DNA of 64,000 nucleotides, from positions 14,384,001 to 14,448,000 of the forward strand of contig NC_083417.1 in NCBI RefSeq assembly GCF_020745735.1, in the 5' to 3' direction. Position 1 is the first letter of the stretch, and each line of letters starts with the position of its first letter. Source of the DNA: Hemiscyllium ocellatum. Its lineage: Eukaryota. Under the pieces are notes generated by a model that saw nothing but the letters and a program-made list of their open reading frames with translations, was not told where the DNA came from and searched no databases. This document shows positions 1 to 11,850 of the stretch, in pieces. The position numbers and the translations under genes were made by a program.

Positions 1-1417
1 CAGCAGCAAAGGATTCACTCTCCAAAGTGCACTTAACCATGAGATGAAATTAATTAGCGCTCGGAATAGATATTATCCCAACTCATCCAACCCATTATAG
101 GGAATTGCTGAGCAGGTTACTTCTCCACAGAGAGGAAGGGATCGAAAGTCAAGAGGAATACTAGCTAAGGCCACTGTCATACACCTTCTGCTACCTGATT
201 ACAAAAGGTGGGTTTCTCAGGACAGATTCCCCAATGGTCCTTTCAACCCCAGGTACTGCATGGCACAGGAAGTTCTTTAGAACGGATTCCCATCCAGCCC
301 CATTGAAAGCGAGAATCCTATTCAAAGGCAAGTTTTGATGGTGAGATCCTTCCTTTGAAAAATTCATCACTATACTTTCCTTAAATGACAAACACAATCT
401 TATCTCTTTTATGTGACAAACGTGGCTAATTTGTTTTTAGTGTTGCTCCAGAATCGAGCAAATCAATTGTGGAGCTGAAACTGAATGCTTCACTTCCCTC
501 TAGCTTTCCAAATCATCCTGTTAATCTTTTTTACATAGTTTCAATAGGAATAATTTTTCTCTGTTTCTGATACTTGATGTTAATGTGAAACAAAATTAGA
601 CAAATGTACAGAATGACATAATAGCACTCAGATACTCTATTCACTCTGTCTGAAGCACTTATGACATCTTAAGAATTCTTACAGCACAAAATGACTCACA
701 TGATAGATATTGGTTTTAATTAATGCTGTGAATGTTCTTTTAAGCCATGTTTTCAATTCAAAGAGAGAGGTAGAGTCCTGGATATGATGGTATAAATTGG
801 GACTGTATTGCCTTTTAAAGCCACGATTAATTCTGTGCTGAAAAATGTTCAGTTATCATCAGTCACTGAATGCCAATGGCAGAGACCTATCAGCTGAACC
901 AAAATAGGTTTCTATAGATACACAAAGCAAACTTTTCATTAGTTCGAAGCTTGCCTTTGAAATATGCTTCACAAAGACTGAGTGAACTGTGAGTTCAAAC
1001 ACTTTAAGGACACAGACATGAGTTCAGGCTGATGGGATTAAAGTCTCTTCACTAACTGCAATAAGGTGGCTTGATTTGGTGCATGTCAATCCCAGTACTT
1101 AAGAGGCACAAAAAAAACTGCTTGTAAAACTAAAACATCATGAAGTGTGAATATTGTTGTAAGGGTGAACATAGATAGGGAAACAAATGTTATGCAGATG
1201 CAAGAGCACGCTTCTTTGAAGAAAATGATTAAAGGTACATTATTAGAATAAGGTAGAAGAAGCCTTCTACCATAACTAAACCCAGGTGATACTTCAGCAT
1301 TCAAGTATATGATGCAGCCACTGCGTACCAAACATCCTCTGTCTCACCTATAATACCTCTCAGTTTAAAGATATTACTCGCACTCCTTCCCACGTATAAA
1401 ATAAAAATTCAGGATCA

Positions 1418-1741
1418 GGAGCAAAAACAGAAATCGCTGGAAAAGCTCAGCAGGTCTGACAGCATCCGTGGAGAGAAATCAGAGTTAACATTTCAGATCC
1501 AGTGACCCTTCCTCAGACTTCACTGGACTGGAAACATTAACACTGATTTCTCTCCACAGATGCTGCCAGACCTGCTGAGCTTTTCCAGCAATGTCTGTTT
1601 TTGCTCCTGATCCTGAATTTTTGTTTTATATACGAATGATTGTGGATAATATCTTTAAACTGAGCAGTATTATAGAGCTGCTGAGCTTTTCCAGCAATTT
1701 CTATTTCGATTTCCAGCATCTGCAATTCTTTCAGTTTATTT
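1418..1741 (+). mobile_element. PLE-terminus palindromic element (family 3) with inverted duplication of flank
   Basis: Long inverted repeat centred near 1515. Minus-strand HHR CTGAGGA-A-GGGTC-ACTG-GATCT-GAAA (1491-1516). Tail at 1678-1741. Candidate TSD ttcagga(t/c)ca at 1408-1417 and 1741-1750. Confidence 0.8.
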
Positions 1742-3019
1742 TCAGGACCATATTGATTCAAGTTGACTTTTCTTTACCATTTCAATTATGATCCCTGAAA
1801 CACTCTTACAGTGCAATTACAGTGTTAAGTTCTGACTGTTGCCAAACAGTAGCTAATAAAAAGTTCTTTGAGGCTCTTTAAAAATACTTCTTGGTTCTCA
1901 TTTGTAGATGGTTATGTGATGCAAATTTTTCATTGATTAAATAAAAGTGGAAATTTGTGCTACAAAAGCAAACATCAATCTGAACACAGATTCAGGGCTA
2001 CAAATAAGTAGCCCTGAAATTCTGATAAGGACTTGAAATGGTTGCTGGATTTATGGGTTAGGAATAAACTGGATAGTAAGTTGAGATCTGCAAAAGTCAA
2101 AATTTTAAAGTAAAATGCATTGCCCAATAATCCTGAATTTATTTACCTTCTTCTAAATTACATTTCCTCCACTTCAATATAAAAATATTAACATTTTATA
2201 ATTTTCTAAAACATCCGGTTTTGTGCATTACAGACCTTTTGACAACCAGGGGAACAAATAAAATGAACATACTAAGAAGCTGTAAATATCTGGAGACCAA
2301 AGTGGGGATCAGTTGCAATTATTATATTTGCTGATGCTTTTTGTTTGGAATTTAGTCTCCAAAAGCTATTGCAAGTGACTCCTTGCCCCTTGAAAATGTC
2401 AAGGGTTTCTTTCTAGACCTGTCTACAATGTACATTCAAATATTAATTTGCCTTTGCAAAATGCTGACTGAGATGCTGGTTATGTTTCAGTTTTTGTCAC
2501 ACTGATCTGCAGATGAATGGATTTGCGATCTGTTCTCTCTTTCTTTGGTTTGTCCTTCCGCGAGAGGAACCCTTTTAGTTTATTTTTGGAAGAAGCAAAA
2601 GAAATTGAAAATCACCATCTCATCTGCTAAACAGTCAGTCTGGCTCCTACTGCAACGTAGCAACAACACAACTCCTTACGAAACGTGACCCATTGCCACT
2701 CAGTCTGAATACCAGCATAATGATGTAAGAACAGAATCACTACCAAGGCTTTCATGGGCATGCTGGTAGTACAAAATGCTTAAAAGTCTAATACAGTGCT
2801 TTAAAAACAATGACAAATTCCATATTCCTATTCATCTGATGTTGTCTCTGACTAAGCTGCAGGCAAGTTTGGGTTAGTGACTGCTGGGCGTGAACGATGG
2901 AAAGATGGCTTGTGGAATTCTGTGTAGCTGCAGCAATAACTTCAAGACTATTTCCTAGATCTGCCCTCATCATTCACTCTGCTTCTACACACTCAGATTG
3001 AGCCTAATTTAGTTTACCT

Positions 3020-3090
3020 GACTAGCTGTGCTTTTCCAGCGCCACATTTTTTGACTCTGATCTCCAGCGCCTGCAGTCCTCATTTTCTCT
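3020..3090 (+). mobile_element. Single PLE 3'-tail fragment (family 1)
   Basis: gctgtgcttttccagcgccacattttttgactctgatctccagcgcctgcagtcctcattttctc matches the tail at 6706-6770. Confidence 0.7.
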
Positions 3091-3318
3091 GTACTTAATG
3101 CTTTGTTTAACATTAAATTTTAAACAAGTTTTGTTTAAAATTAGCAAGTTTGCAATAAAATAACGTCAGATGTACATTGTTATAATAAAATCAGCCCAGT
3201 ACACAATCTGGGATTCAGCAATAAGTCTGTGGAATACATAGCAACTAGAAGTACAATATAGCTGAAAATGTGTTGCTGGAAAAGCGCAGCAGGTCAGGCA
3301 GCATCCAAGGAGCAGGAG

Positions 3319-3355
3319 AATCAACGTTTCGGGCATGAGCCCTTCTTCAGGAATG
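3319..3355 (-). ncRNA. Minimal type-I hammerhead ribozyme motif (PLE left inverted terminus)
   Basis: Minus strand reads CTGAAGA-A-GGGC-TCAT-GCCC-GAAA-CGTT: conserved CUGANGA and GAAA boxes, 4-bp stem II, self-complementary ACGT at stem III. Confidence 0.75.
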
Positions 3356-3946
3356 AGAAGAGTGTGCCAAGCAGGCTAAGATAAAAGGTAGGGAGGAGGG
3401 AGTTGGGGGAGGGGTGTTGGGAATGCGATAGGTGGAAGGAGGTTAAGGTGAGGGTGATAGGCCGGAGAGGGGGTGGGGTCGGAGAGGTCAGGGAGAAAAT
3501 TGCAGGTTAAGAAGGTGGTGCTGAGACAAGGTGGGGGGGAGGGGAAAATGATGTGTGTGGAGGTGCAGGTGAATTTGTGACGGATATGGAAGGATCGCTT
3601 GGGGCCTTGGAGGGAAATGAGGGGGGTTGTTTTGCATTTCTTGTGGTTGCAGGAGAAGGTGCGGTGAGTGGAGGTTGGGTTGGTGAGGGGTGTGGACCTG
3701 ACGAGGGAGTCATGGAGGGTGTGGTCTTTCCGGAACGCTGATAGGGGAGGGGAGGGAAATTTATCCTTGGTGGTGGGGTCTGTCTGGAGGTGGTGGAAAT
3801 GACGAAAGATGATATGGAGGTTGGTGGGGTGGTAGGTGAGGACCAATGGGGGTAAGGGGAGGTTAGGCGTGGGTGCGGGGACGGAGATTGGGGCAGGGGT
3901 GGGGTTAGGTGTACAAATAGGGATCGCGTGGGCATGGGGTTAGGTG

Positions 3947-6300
3947 CCTAACCCCGCCCCCACGTCGATCCCCGTTCGCACACCTAGCCCACCCCTACGC
4001 CGAACCCAACCCCCTCCCCGATCTCCGTTCCTGCCCCAATTCCCGCCTCCACACCTAACCCCGCTCCCACTCCCAGATCCAGCCCCACACCAGGTCCTAG
4101 CTACCAGCCCTACCGTGTTTTCACCATCCCTCCAGAACTACCCCTCTCTGAGGATGAAAGATCAGTCCTTGGTAGAGGCCTCACCTTCATTCCCCTACGC
4201 TCTCGGATTAACGAGTTCAACACGCGGCGAGATATCGAACAATTCTTCTGCTGCCTTCGCCTCCGCGCCTACTTCTTCAACCAGGATTCTCGCCACCCAC
4301 TGACGACCCCTTCTCCCACCTCCAACACACCCCATCCACCTGGACGCCCCGTGCTGGCCTCTTACCTGTCCTCGATCTCTTCATAGCCAACTGCCGCTGT
4401 GAAATTAACAGCCTCAACCTCTCCACCCCTCTCACCCACTCCAACGTCTCTCCCTCGGAACGTGCAGCCCTCCACTCCCTCCGTTCCAACCTCAACCTCA
4501 CTATCAAACCGGCAGACAAGGGAGGCGCAGTAGTAATTTTGCGCACTGACCTTTACACTGCTGAGGCTAAACGCCAACTCGCGGACACCCACTCCTACTG
4601 CCCCCTTGACCATGACTCCACCTCCCATCACCAAACCATCATCTCCCAGACCATCCATAACCTCATCATCTCAGGGGATCTCCCATCCACCGCTTCCAAC
4701 CTCATAGTCCCACAACCCCGGACTGCCAGTTTCTACTACCTGCCCAAAATCCACAAACCTGACTGCCCCGGCTGACCCATTGTCTCAGCCTGGTCCTGCC
4801 CCACCAAACTCATCTCTGCATACCTCGACACGGTCCTATTCCTCCTAAGTCCAAGAACCCCCCGCCTATGTTCGGGACACCACCCGTGCCCTCCACCTCC
4901 TCCATGATTTTTGCTTGCCCGGTCCCCAATGCCTTATCTTCACCATGGACATCCAGTCCCTGTACACCTCCCTCCCCCATTACGAAGGACTCAAAGCCCT
5001 CCACTTCTTCCTTTCCCGCCGTACCAACCAGTACCCTCGCACTGACACCCTCCTTTGACTGACTGAACTGGTCCTCACTCTGAACAACTTCTCTTTCCAA
5101 TCCTCCCACTTCCTCCAAACCAAAGGAGTAGCCATGGGCACCCGCATGGGCCCCAGCTATGCCTGCCTCTTCGTAGGATATGTGGAACAGTCCATCTTCC
5201 GCGGCTACACTGGCATCACCCCCCACCTTTTCCTCCGCTACACCAATGACTGTATTGGCGCTCCCTCGTGCTCCCACGAGGAGGTTGAACAGTTCATCCA
5301 CTTTACCAACACCTTCCACCCCTACCTCAAATTTACCTGGACCGTCTCAGACTCCTCCCTCCCCTTCCTAGACCTCTCCATTTCTATCTCAGGCGACTGA
5401 ATCAACACGGACATTTACTATAAACTGACCGACTCCCACAGCTACCTAGACTACACCTCCTCCCACCCTGCTCCCTGTAAAAACGCCATCCCATATTCCC
5501 AATTCCTTCGTCTCTGCCGCATCTGCTCCCAGGAGGACCAATTCCAATACCGAACCACCCAGATGGCCTCCTTCTTCAAAGACCGCAATTTCCCCCCAGA
5601 TGTGATTGACGATGCTCTCCACCGCATCTCCTCCACTTCCCGCTCCTCTGCCCTTGAGCCCCACCCCTCCAATCGCCACCAGGACAGAACCCCACTGGTC
5701 CTCACCTACCACTCACCAACCTCCATATACATCATATCATCCGTCATCATTTCCGTCATCTCCAAACGGACCCCACCACCAGGGATATATTTCCCTCCCC
5801 TCCCCTCTCAGTGTTCCAAAAAGACCACTCCCTTTGTGACTCCCTTGTCAGGTCCACACCTCCCACCAACCCAACCTCTACTCCCGGCACCTTCCCCTGC
5901 AACCGCAAGAAATGCAAAACTTACGCACACACCTCCCCCCTTACTTCCCTCCAAGGCCCCAAGGGATCCTTCCATATCCGCCACAAATTCACCTGCACCT
6001 CCACATACATCATTTACTGCATCCGCCGCACCCGATATAGCCTCCTCTAAATTGGGGAGACAGGCCGCCTACTTGCGGAACATTTCAGAGAACACCTCTG
6101 GGACACCTGGACCAACCAACCCAACCACCCCTTGGCTCAACACTTCAACTCCCCCTCTGACTCCACCAAGGACATGCAGGTCCTTGGACTCCTCCATCGC
6201 CAGACCATAGCAACACGACGGCTGGAGGAAGAGCACCTCATCTTCCGCCTGGGAACCCTCCAACCACAAGGGATGAACTCAGATTTCTCCAGTTTCCTCA
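3947..6300 (+). pseudogene. PLE ORF (reverse transcriptase + GIY-YIG endonuclease), disrupted by stops and frameshifts
   Basis: Across frames: IKPADKGGAVV (DKG at 4515), YYLPKIHKPDCPG, TMDIQSLYT, GVAMGTRMGPSYA, FLRYTND (YIDD decayed, 5239-5250), LPFLDLSI, Cys linker PCNRKKCKT, IIYCIR...IGETGR, AQHFNS, RLGTLQPQGMN. Confidence 0.92.
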
Positions 6301-6496
6301 TTTCCCCTCCCCCACCTTCTCTCAGTCCCAACCCTCGAACTCAGCACCACCTTCCTAACCTGCAATCTTCTTCCTGACCTCTCCGCCCCCACCCCCACTC
6401 CGGCCTATCACCCTCACCTTAACCTCCTTCCACCTATCGTATTTCCAACGTCCCTCCTCCCTACCTTTTATTTTAGCCTGCTTGGCACAGTCTCCT

Positions 6497-6533
6497 CATT
6501 CCTGAAGAAGGGCTCAAGCCCGAAATGTTGATT
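6497..6533 (+). ncRNA. Minimal hammerhead motif (PLE right terminus)
   Basis: CTGAAGA (6502-6508) A GGGC-TCAA-GCCC GAAA (6522-6525) TGTT; ACGT decayed to ATGT (CpG transition). Confidence 0.65.
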
Positions 6534-6574
6534 CCCCTGCTCCTTGGATGCTGCCTGACCTGCTGCGCTTTTCC

Positions 6575-6704
6575 GAGTAAAAAATGAGGTCTGCAGATGC
6601 TGGAGATCACAGCTGCAAATGTGTTGCTGGTCAAAGCACAGCAGGTTAGGTATTCCTGAGATGCTGCCTAACCTGCTGTGCTTTGACCAGCAACACATTT
6701 GCAG
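6575..6704 (-). mobile_element. PLE-terminus palindromic mini-element nested in the PLE 3' end
   Basis: Arms agctgcaaatgtgttgctggtcaaagcacagcaggttagg / cctaacctgctgtgctttgaccagcaacacatttgcagct, 36-nt tail on the left, perfect 15-bp TSD ctgctgcgcttttcc (6560-6574, 6705-6719). Confidence 0.85.
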
Positions 6705-6910
6705 CTGCTGCGCTTTTCCAGCAACACATTTTCAGCTCTGATCTCCAGCATCTGCAAACCTCACTTTCTCCTAGAAGTACAATATAGTCTAGCAGCAACA
6801 ATTTTGTAAAGTTCCTAGACATCCTTTACGTGCATTGAATGTTTACAAAGGACTTCACGTCCTCTAACCTCACACCTGGTATTAAAGGTCTCGACAATAT
6901 TTGCATGTCT

Positions 6911-7298
6911 CTGATTGAGACATACAAGATTATGAAAGGATTGGATACTCTGGCAGCAGGAAACATGTTTTTGCTGATGGGTGCGTGCCGAACCAGAGGA
7001 CACAGCTTAAAAATACGGGGTAGACCATTTAGGACAGAGATGAGGAGAAACTTCTTCACCCAGAGAGTGGTGGCTGGGTGGAATGCTCTGCCCCATAGGG
7101 CAGTGGAGGCCCAGTCTCTGGATTCATTTAAGAAAGAGTTGGATAGAGCTCTCAAAGATAGTGGAATCAAGGGTTATGGAGATAAGGCAGGAAGAGGATA
7201 CTAATTAGGAATGACCAGCCATGATCATATTGAATGGCGGTGCAGGCTCGAAGGGCTGAATAGCCTACTCCTGCACCTATTGTCTATTGTCTATTGTC
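6911..7298 (+). mobile_element. CR1 LINE 3' end
   Basis: LIETYKIMKGLD...RTRGHSLKIRG...RRNFFTQRVVAGWNALP; ends in (ctattgt)n tail. Confidence 0.9.
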
Positions 7299-7809
7299 AT
7301 GCAGAATTCTTTTGACATTGTAAGGTTGACCTTGCCCCATTGTTTGCTCACCGAGGGATACCATGGCCTTCCCTAACAACTAAATAGGAAATAATAACCT
7401 GAACGCTTAAAACACAGATGTTTTACACTATCTCCTGCTTCACATTATTGAAACTTTTTCCAAGGTTCAGCACGACCAATGCAATTTTGAATTTTATTCT
7501 GTTTGCCGCTGGCCAACATTTTTCAAAAAGGCAAATACAGTTTCTGTTTGACTAATATAGCTGCTGACCTTTTAGCAAGACTTTGTACCAGATTAATGTG
7601 GAGAAAGCAAAGAAAAGATATATTTCCTGCAAAAACTTAGAACACAAATTTCAAACAATTGACAAGTACAATTATTCATGCTACTAAGTTTCCAGTTAGT
7701 GTATCATTTTTTTTTCATAAAACTTCTGCCAAATGTATCAAGTTTCAACAAGAATCTGAAGAGCAGAGATACCGAGCACACAATTACAATCATTTCTTAG
7801 CTGTTTACA

Positions 7810-8095
7810 GAATCTGTTGTGGCATAGAAGGGGGCCATTTGATCCACCCTGTCAACATCAGCTCTCCAAATGAACACCTTGACCTACTGCCATTTTTCTG
7901 CCTTTATCCCATACCTTAGCATATTGCTGCTATTTAAATATTCATTTCATGGTTTTTTTGAATGCCTCAACTGAATCTGTGTCCACCAGACATCGAGGTC
8001 GTACGTTCGAGACCTGAAGCACTCTCTGTGCGTCAGTAATTTTCCCTCACATCATATTCACTTACTTTGAAAATCACTCCAAATCTATGCTCTTT
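7810..8095 (-). mobile_element. Degraded CR1 3' fragment
   Basis: Similar to the reverse complement of CR1 3' ends elsewhere in the window. Confidence 0.5.
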
Positions 8096-9709
8096 CGCTC
8101 CCGATCCCTCCATGAGCAGTTTTGTTCTACCACTCTGCTCAGTCTTCAAAGATTGGGATCCAGGTTGCCACATCATTTTTTATTATGCAAATGAGCATTC
8201 AATATCTTCAAATGATGGTCAAGCCAAAGTCGTTTCCCATTTAATGCTGAATGTTCTTGAAGAGTCTTCCTGAAGTTATATTTTCAACATAACTTTTCTA
8301 ATTTCATATAGTTTACTCCATCTTTCAGACACTTGAACTATAGAAATTCAAACTCAGCACAGTATATTTTAACTATTGAATGCTTAAGCTAACTTCTTGC
8401 TGGAGAAATCCAAAATTATTTCTCCTGTTTCTGTTGTCCTATTTAAAGTAATTAATTATGACTCTCTGAAAAGATACAATGGTCTCTGCCCCTGGCAAAG
8501 CATTAGAATGGCCTATTGGTTTTGGTAAATTGGTTTTTCATGAAGGTGTGTTCAGCTTCATTTATTAACAGTTGCATGAATGTAGAAAAAACATGCAGCG
8601 ATAGATGAGTTCATGCAACTTTATGCCAGTAATTTGATTACAACTCCCATCATAAATTTTAAAACAGGATCAATACTGGTATGATGATTCCTGGGTGTTT
8701 TTGATGGAGTAAACTGTGTCAAGAACAAACTGAAATGCAAAGACAAATTTTACATTATTTTCCTTATCAGTAACAGTGTTACTGAAGACGTTCCTTATTG
8801 TGAAAGTCCCACGTCTTCCATTCCCTCAGCCTTTCTGGGTGATCTTATCCTCCTCTTGCTCAAATATTATCCATTGGCTATCCCCCAATTTGGGGATGAT
8901 GTTTACTCAGGGTCACACTTTCTGTCTTGACCCTTTATGAACAGCCTGATTCTCTACGTACAGTTTGGGCACATTGGGCAGAAGTGGGTGGCATCTAGAG
9001 CGCAAGATTTGAGTATTTTTCTTTCCTTTTTGCCCATCACTCCAACTTATCATTAAGATGTTGCAACTCAAAGTGTGGTGCAGCTGGATGGACACGTTTT
9101 TGTTATTGTGAACAATTGGTTGCGGACTTGTCATAGGCATTAGTGACAGTACTCTGGTGTTTCAGGGAGAATTCTTTTGAAATTCGATTGCAATACACTT
9201 GCAAGTAAAGTTGACGCTCACAATCCCTGCATACTTTTCAATTTGATCATGTGTGTTAATGTCAAAATTCTGTTTTGTTTCATTCTTAAACTCATTACTA
9301 ACATCTCTGGGTTTTTAAAAAAAAGTGCTTCCTAATTTTTGATTCTGCTCTGTAGCGGCTGAATCCTGAGCTAGTTTCTCATTTGTAATTTTAACAAGAG
9401 CTTAACTAGCAAAAATTGGCTTTCTCCTGGCCGTTTTAATAATGTCCATTAAATCATTTTTACTGGGGTGGGAATACTCAGGGCAGCACTAAACCCAGAT
9501 GAGTGGCTCATTAGCAGCTTCTACTGACATTGTAACACTATGCAGAAAAGTGGTTTGCTTGATAGGTGCCTATCTCAATATCCCACCTGTAACGTCGACC
9601 ATACAATAAGAAAGGAGTAGCGAACATCATGAGAACAGTGTCAAGTGTATGTTTCTCGGTGAATATCCTGGACTTTCCTATTTCACATCAAAAGAGTTAC
9701 TGCACGAAG

Positions 9710-10710
9710 AAAGGAAGACTTACGCTTACATGACATTGTTCACTACCTCAGGTCATTTCCAAAGTGCTTAATAGCCAATTAAGTACATCTGAAGAGTAGC
9801 CAATGCTGTAATTTGGAAAGCACAGAAGTCAGTTTGCATGTAGAAAGTTCCCATTCGCAGCAATGGACTAAATGACCACTGTTGGTTTCAGATGTTGGCT
9901 GAGGGATTAAAGATGGTGAGGGCACCTTGGACATTTCCCTGCTCTTCTTCAAACAGTAATAGTAAGTAGGCTATCTGGTACATTTGCTTTTATTGGTACC
10001 TGCAATGAATATAGGAGTCACGAGGGCATGTTACAACTGTACAGGATATTAGTTAGGCCATTTTTGAAATACTGCATTCACTTCTGGTCTCCCTGCAACT
10101 TAAAAAGATTCAGGAGAAGACTTATAAGGATGTTATGAGGGTTGGAGAGTTTGAGCTATAGGGTGGGGCTGAATAAGCTGAGGCTATTTTCCCTGGAGTA
10201 TCGGAGGCAGAGGGGTGATCTTATTGAAATCTACAAAATCATGAGGGCCATAATAGGGTGAATAGTCGAGGTCTTTTCTCCAGGGTAGGGGAGTCCAAAG
10301 CTAGAGGGCATAGGTTTCAGGCAGAGATGGGGAAAGATTTACAAAGGACTTAAGGGGCAACTTTTTTGTGCAGAGGGTGGTGGCTATATGGAACAAGGTG
10401 ACAGAGGAAATGGTGGGGGCTGGTACAAACACAACATTTAAAAGGCAACTGATATGTTTATATCAATAGTAAGGGTTAAGAGGGATATGGACCAAATACT
10501 GGCAATTAGGACTGGATTAATATGGGACATCTGGTCAGCATGGACAAGTTGAACCGAAGGATCGGTTTGCATGCTAAATAACTCTATGACTCTATAAATA
10601 GTATCCATAGGATCTTTGAGAGTGCAGGCAGAGGCCTTGGTTAAATGATTATCTGAAAAGTAATCCCTGTTTACTGAAAATATCGAGGTAGTGCCACATG
10701 CAACAGAGGA
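9710..10710 (-). mobile_element. Deu-domain SINE (SacSINE1-like) split by a CR1 insertion
   Basis: gatgttggctgagggat...ccctgctcttcttcaaa | ...ccataggatcttt...gaggccttggttaaa is the reverse of the Deu core. Confidence 0.6.
9966..10595 (+). mobile_element. CR1 (HER1-like) LINE 3' fragment
   Basis: Typical ORF2 C-terminus and 3' UTR, ending actctatgactctat. Confidence 0.88.
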
Positions 10711-11479
10711 CTGTGACTTCAAATGGCATGTGCACCAGCAGGGCTATGAGAGAAATGCGGCTTATATTTTACTCTAATTGTGATTCCAATTTGAGGTTTG
10801 TGCTGTCAACTGCTGTTGGCACACAAACAATTATCAGTTTCATCTCTGCAGGATCGGAGGCCAAATGTGTAAATTTGGCACAACTCTGAAGTATGTATTT
10901 TTGCCACAGGAGACACATTTGAGATTCTAACCCAAGGATAAGAATAAAGGTAATAAAATGGGGAGTGGGGGAGGGGGAGAAGAGAAACAGAAAATAATCA
11001 GGTAAAAATAACGGAAATGGTTGAACAAAGGACATTGCACATGTGGAACACGAAAACAGCTAAGGTGAGTACGTTTCCTTTCTTTTCACCTTAGGCCAGT
11101 GGTAACAGTAATTAGAGCAAAATAGGAACCTAAACTACAAAAAGGAACACTTCCCAGGCATTCTATGTTGGTCCCTAGAATGAGGTATCACAAATTTATA
11201 AAAATGCATACATCCTGCCTTGACACTACACTGTAATCCTAAAGAGAACCTAGCCTGATTTTCTAAGTAGGGCTCCTTTACAAAATAAAACTGTTAGTCT
11301 GAATTAAGATTAACTTTAATTATCTTTTCTAATTTTTATTCTAATTGAATATCCTTGTTCACTGGAGCAATCCCAACATGGATAAACTCCCTGGGAGCAG
11401 TGAATGAACTGACAGGTGAAGGGAGCTAAATTCTCAGCAGTACAGATACAGTCATTAACCCAAAGGGGTGCTTCAGTGA

Positions 11480-11850
11480 GCTTTCTATTTCAGGTGTTCA
11501 ATATCATTAACAGTTTTGATACAATAAATAAGAAGAAGCTGTTTTAAGCAGCAGGAGAGTGGGTAACCAGAGGATACACACTTAAATTGATGGACAAAAT
11601 GAATGCAAGACAACATAAGTTTTATTTTCTTCCAACAGCAAATATCATTGCGATTTAGAGCACATTTCTAAAACAATGGTGGAAGCAGGTTCAGCAGTAA
11701 CTTCCAAAAAGGGAAATGGATGAATACTTCAGGGGAAAATAAAAACTGCAGGGCAACAAGGTCAAATCGGTGGAGTAGGACTAATTTAATCATTTTTTTT
11801 CAAAGAGCTGGCACAGGTTGAAGAACCGAATGTCCTTCTGTGCTGCAATA
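11480..11850 (+). mobile_element. Old CR1 3' fragment
   Basis: ggtaaccagaggatacacacttaaa...aaagagctggcacagg...ccgaatgtccttctgtgctg. Confidence 0.55.

Larger units (their letters stand above)
3262..6770 (+). mobile_element. Penelope-like retroelement (Neptune-like), decayed, with inverted 5' terminal copy and 17-bp TSD
   Basis: TSD ctagaagtacaatatag at 3245-3261 and 6771-6787. 3262-3848 is an internally deleted reverse-complement copy of the element's 3' end. The forward body carries PLE RT and GIY-YIG motifs. Confidence 0.93.

Noticed and set aside
1-420. Possible regulatory island with TCF-like motifs at the window start
   Set aside because: Truncated by the window edge, and motif evidence is too weak without an alignment.
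3850-4075. Telomere-like ggggttagg / cctaacccc motifs
   Set aside because: Dispersed rather than tandem TTAGGG. They belong to the PLE's low-complexity 5' region and its inverted copy.
3376-6377. Many overlapping Pro/Ser- or Gly/Val-rich ORFs on both strands
   Set aside because: Alternative-frame and antisense shadows of the C-rich PLE ORF, not independent genes.
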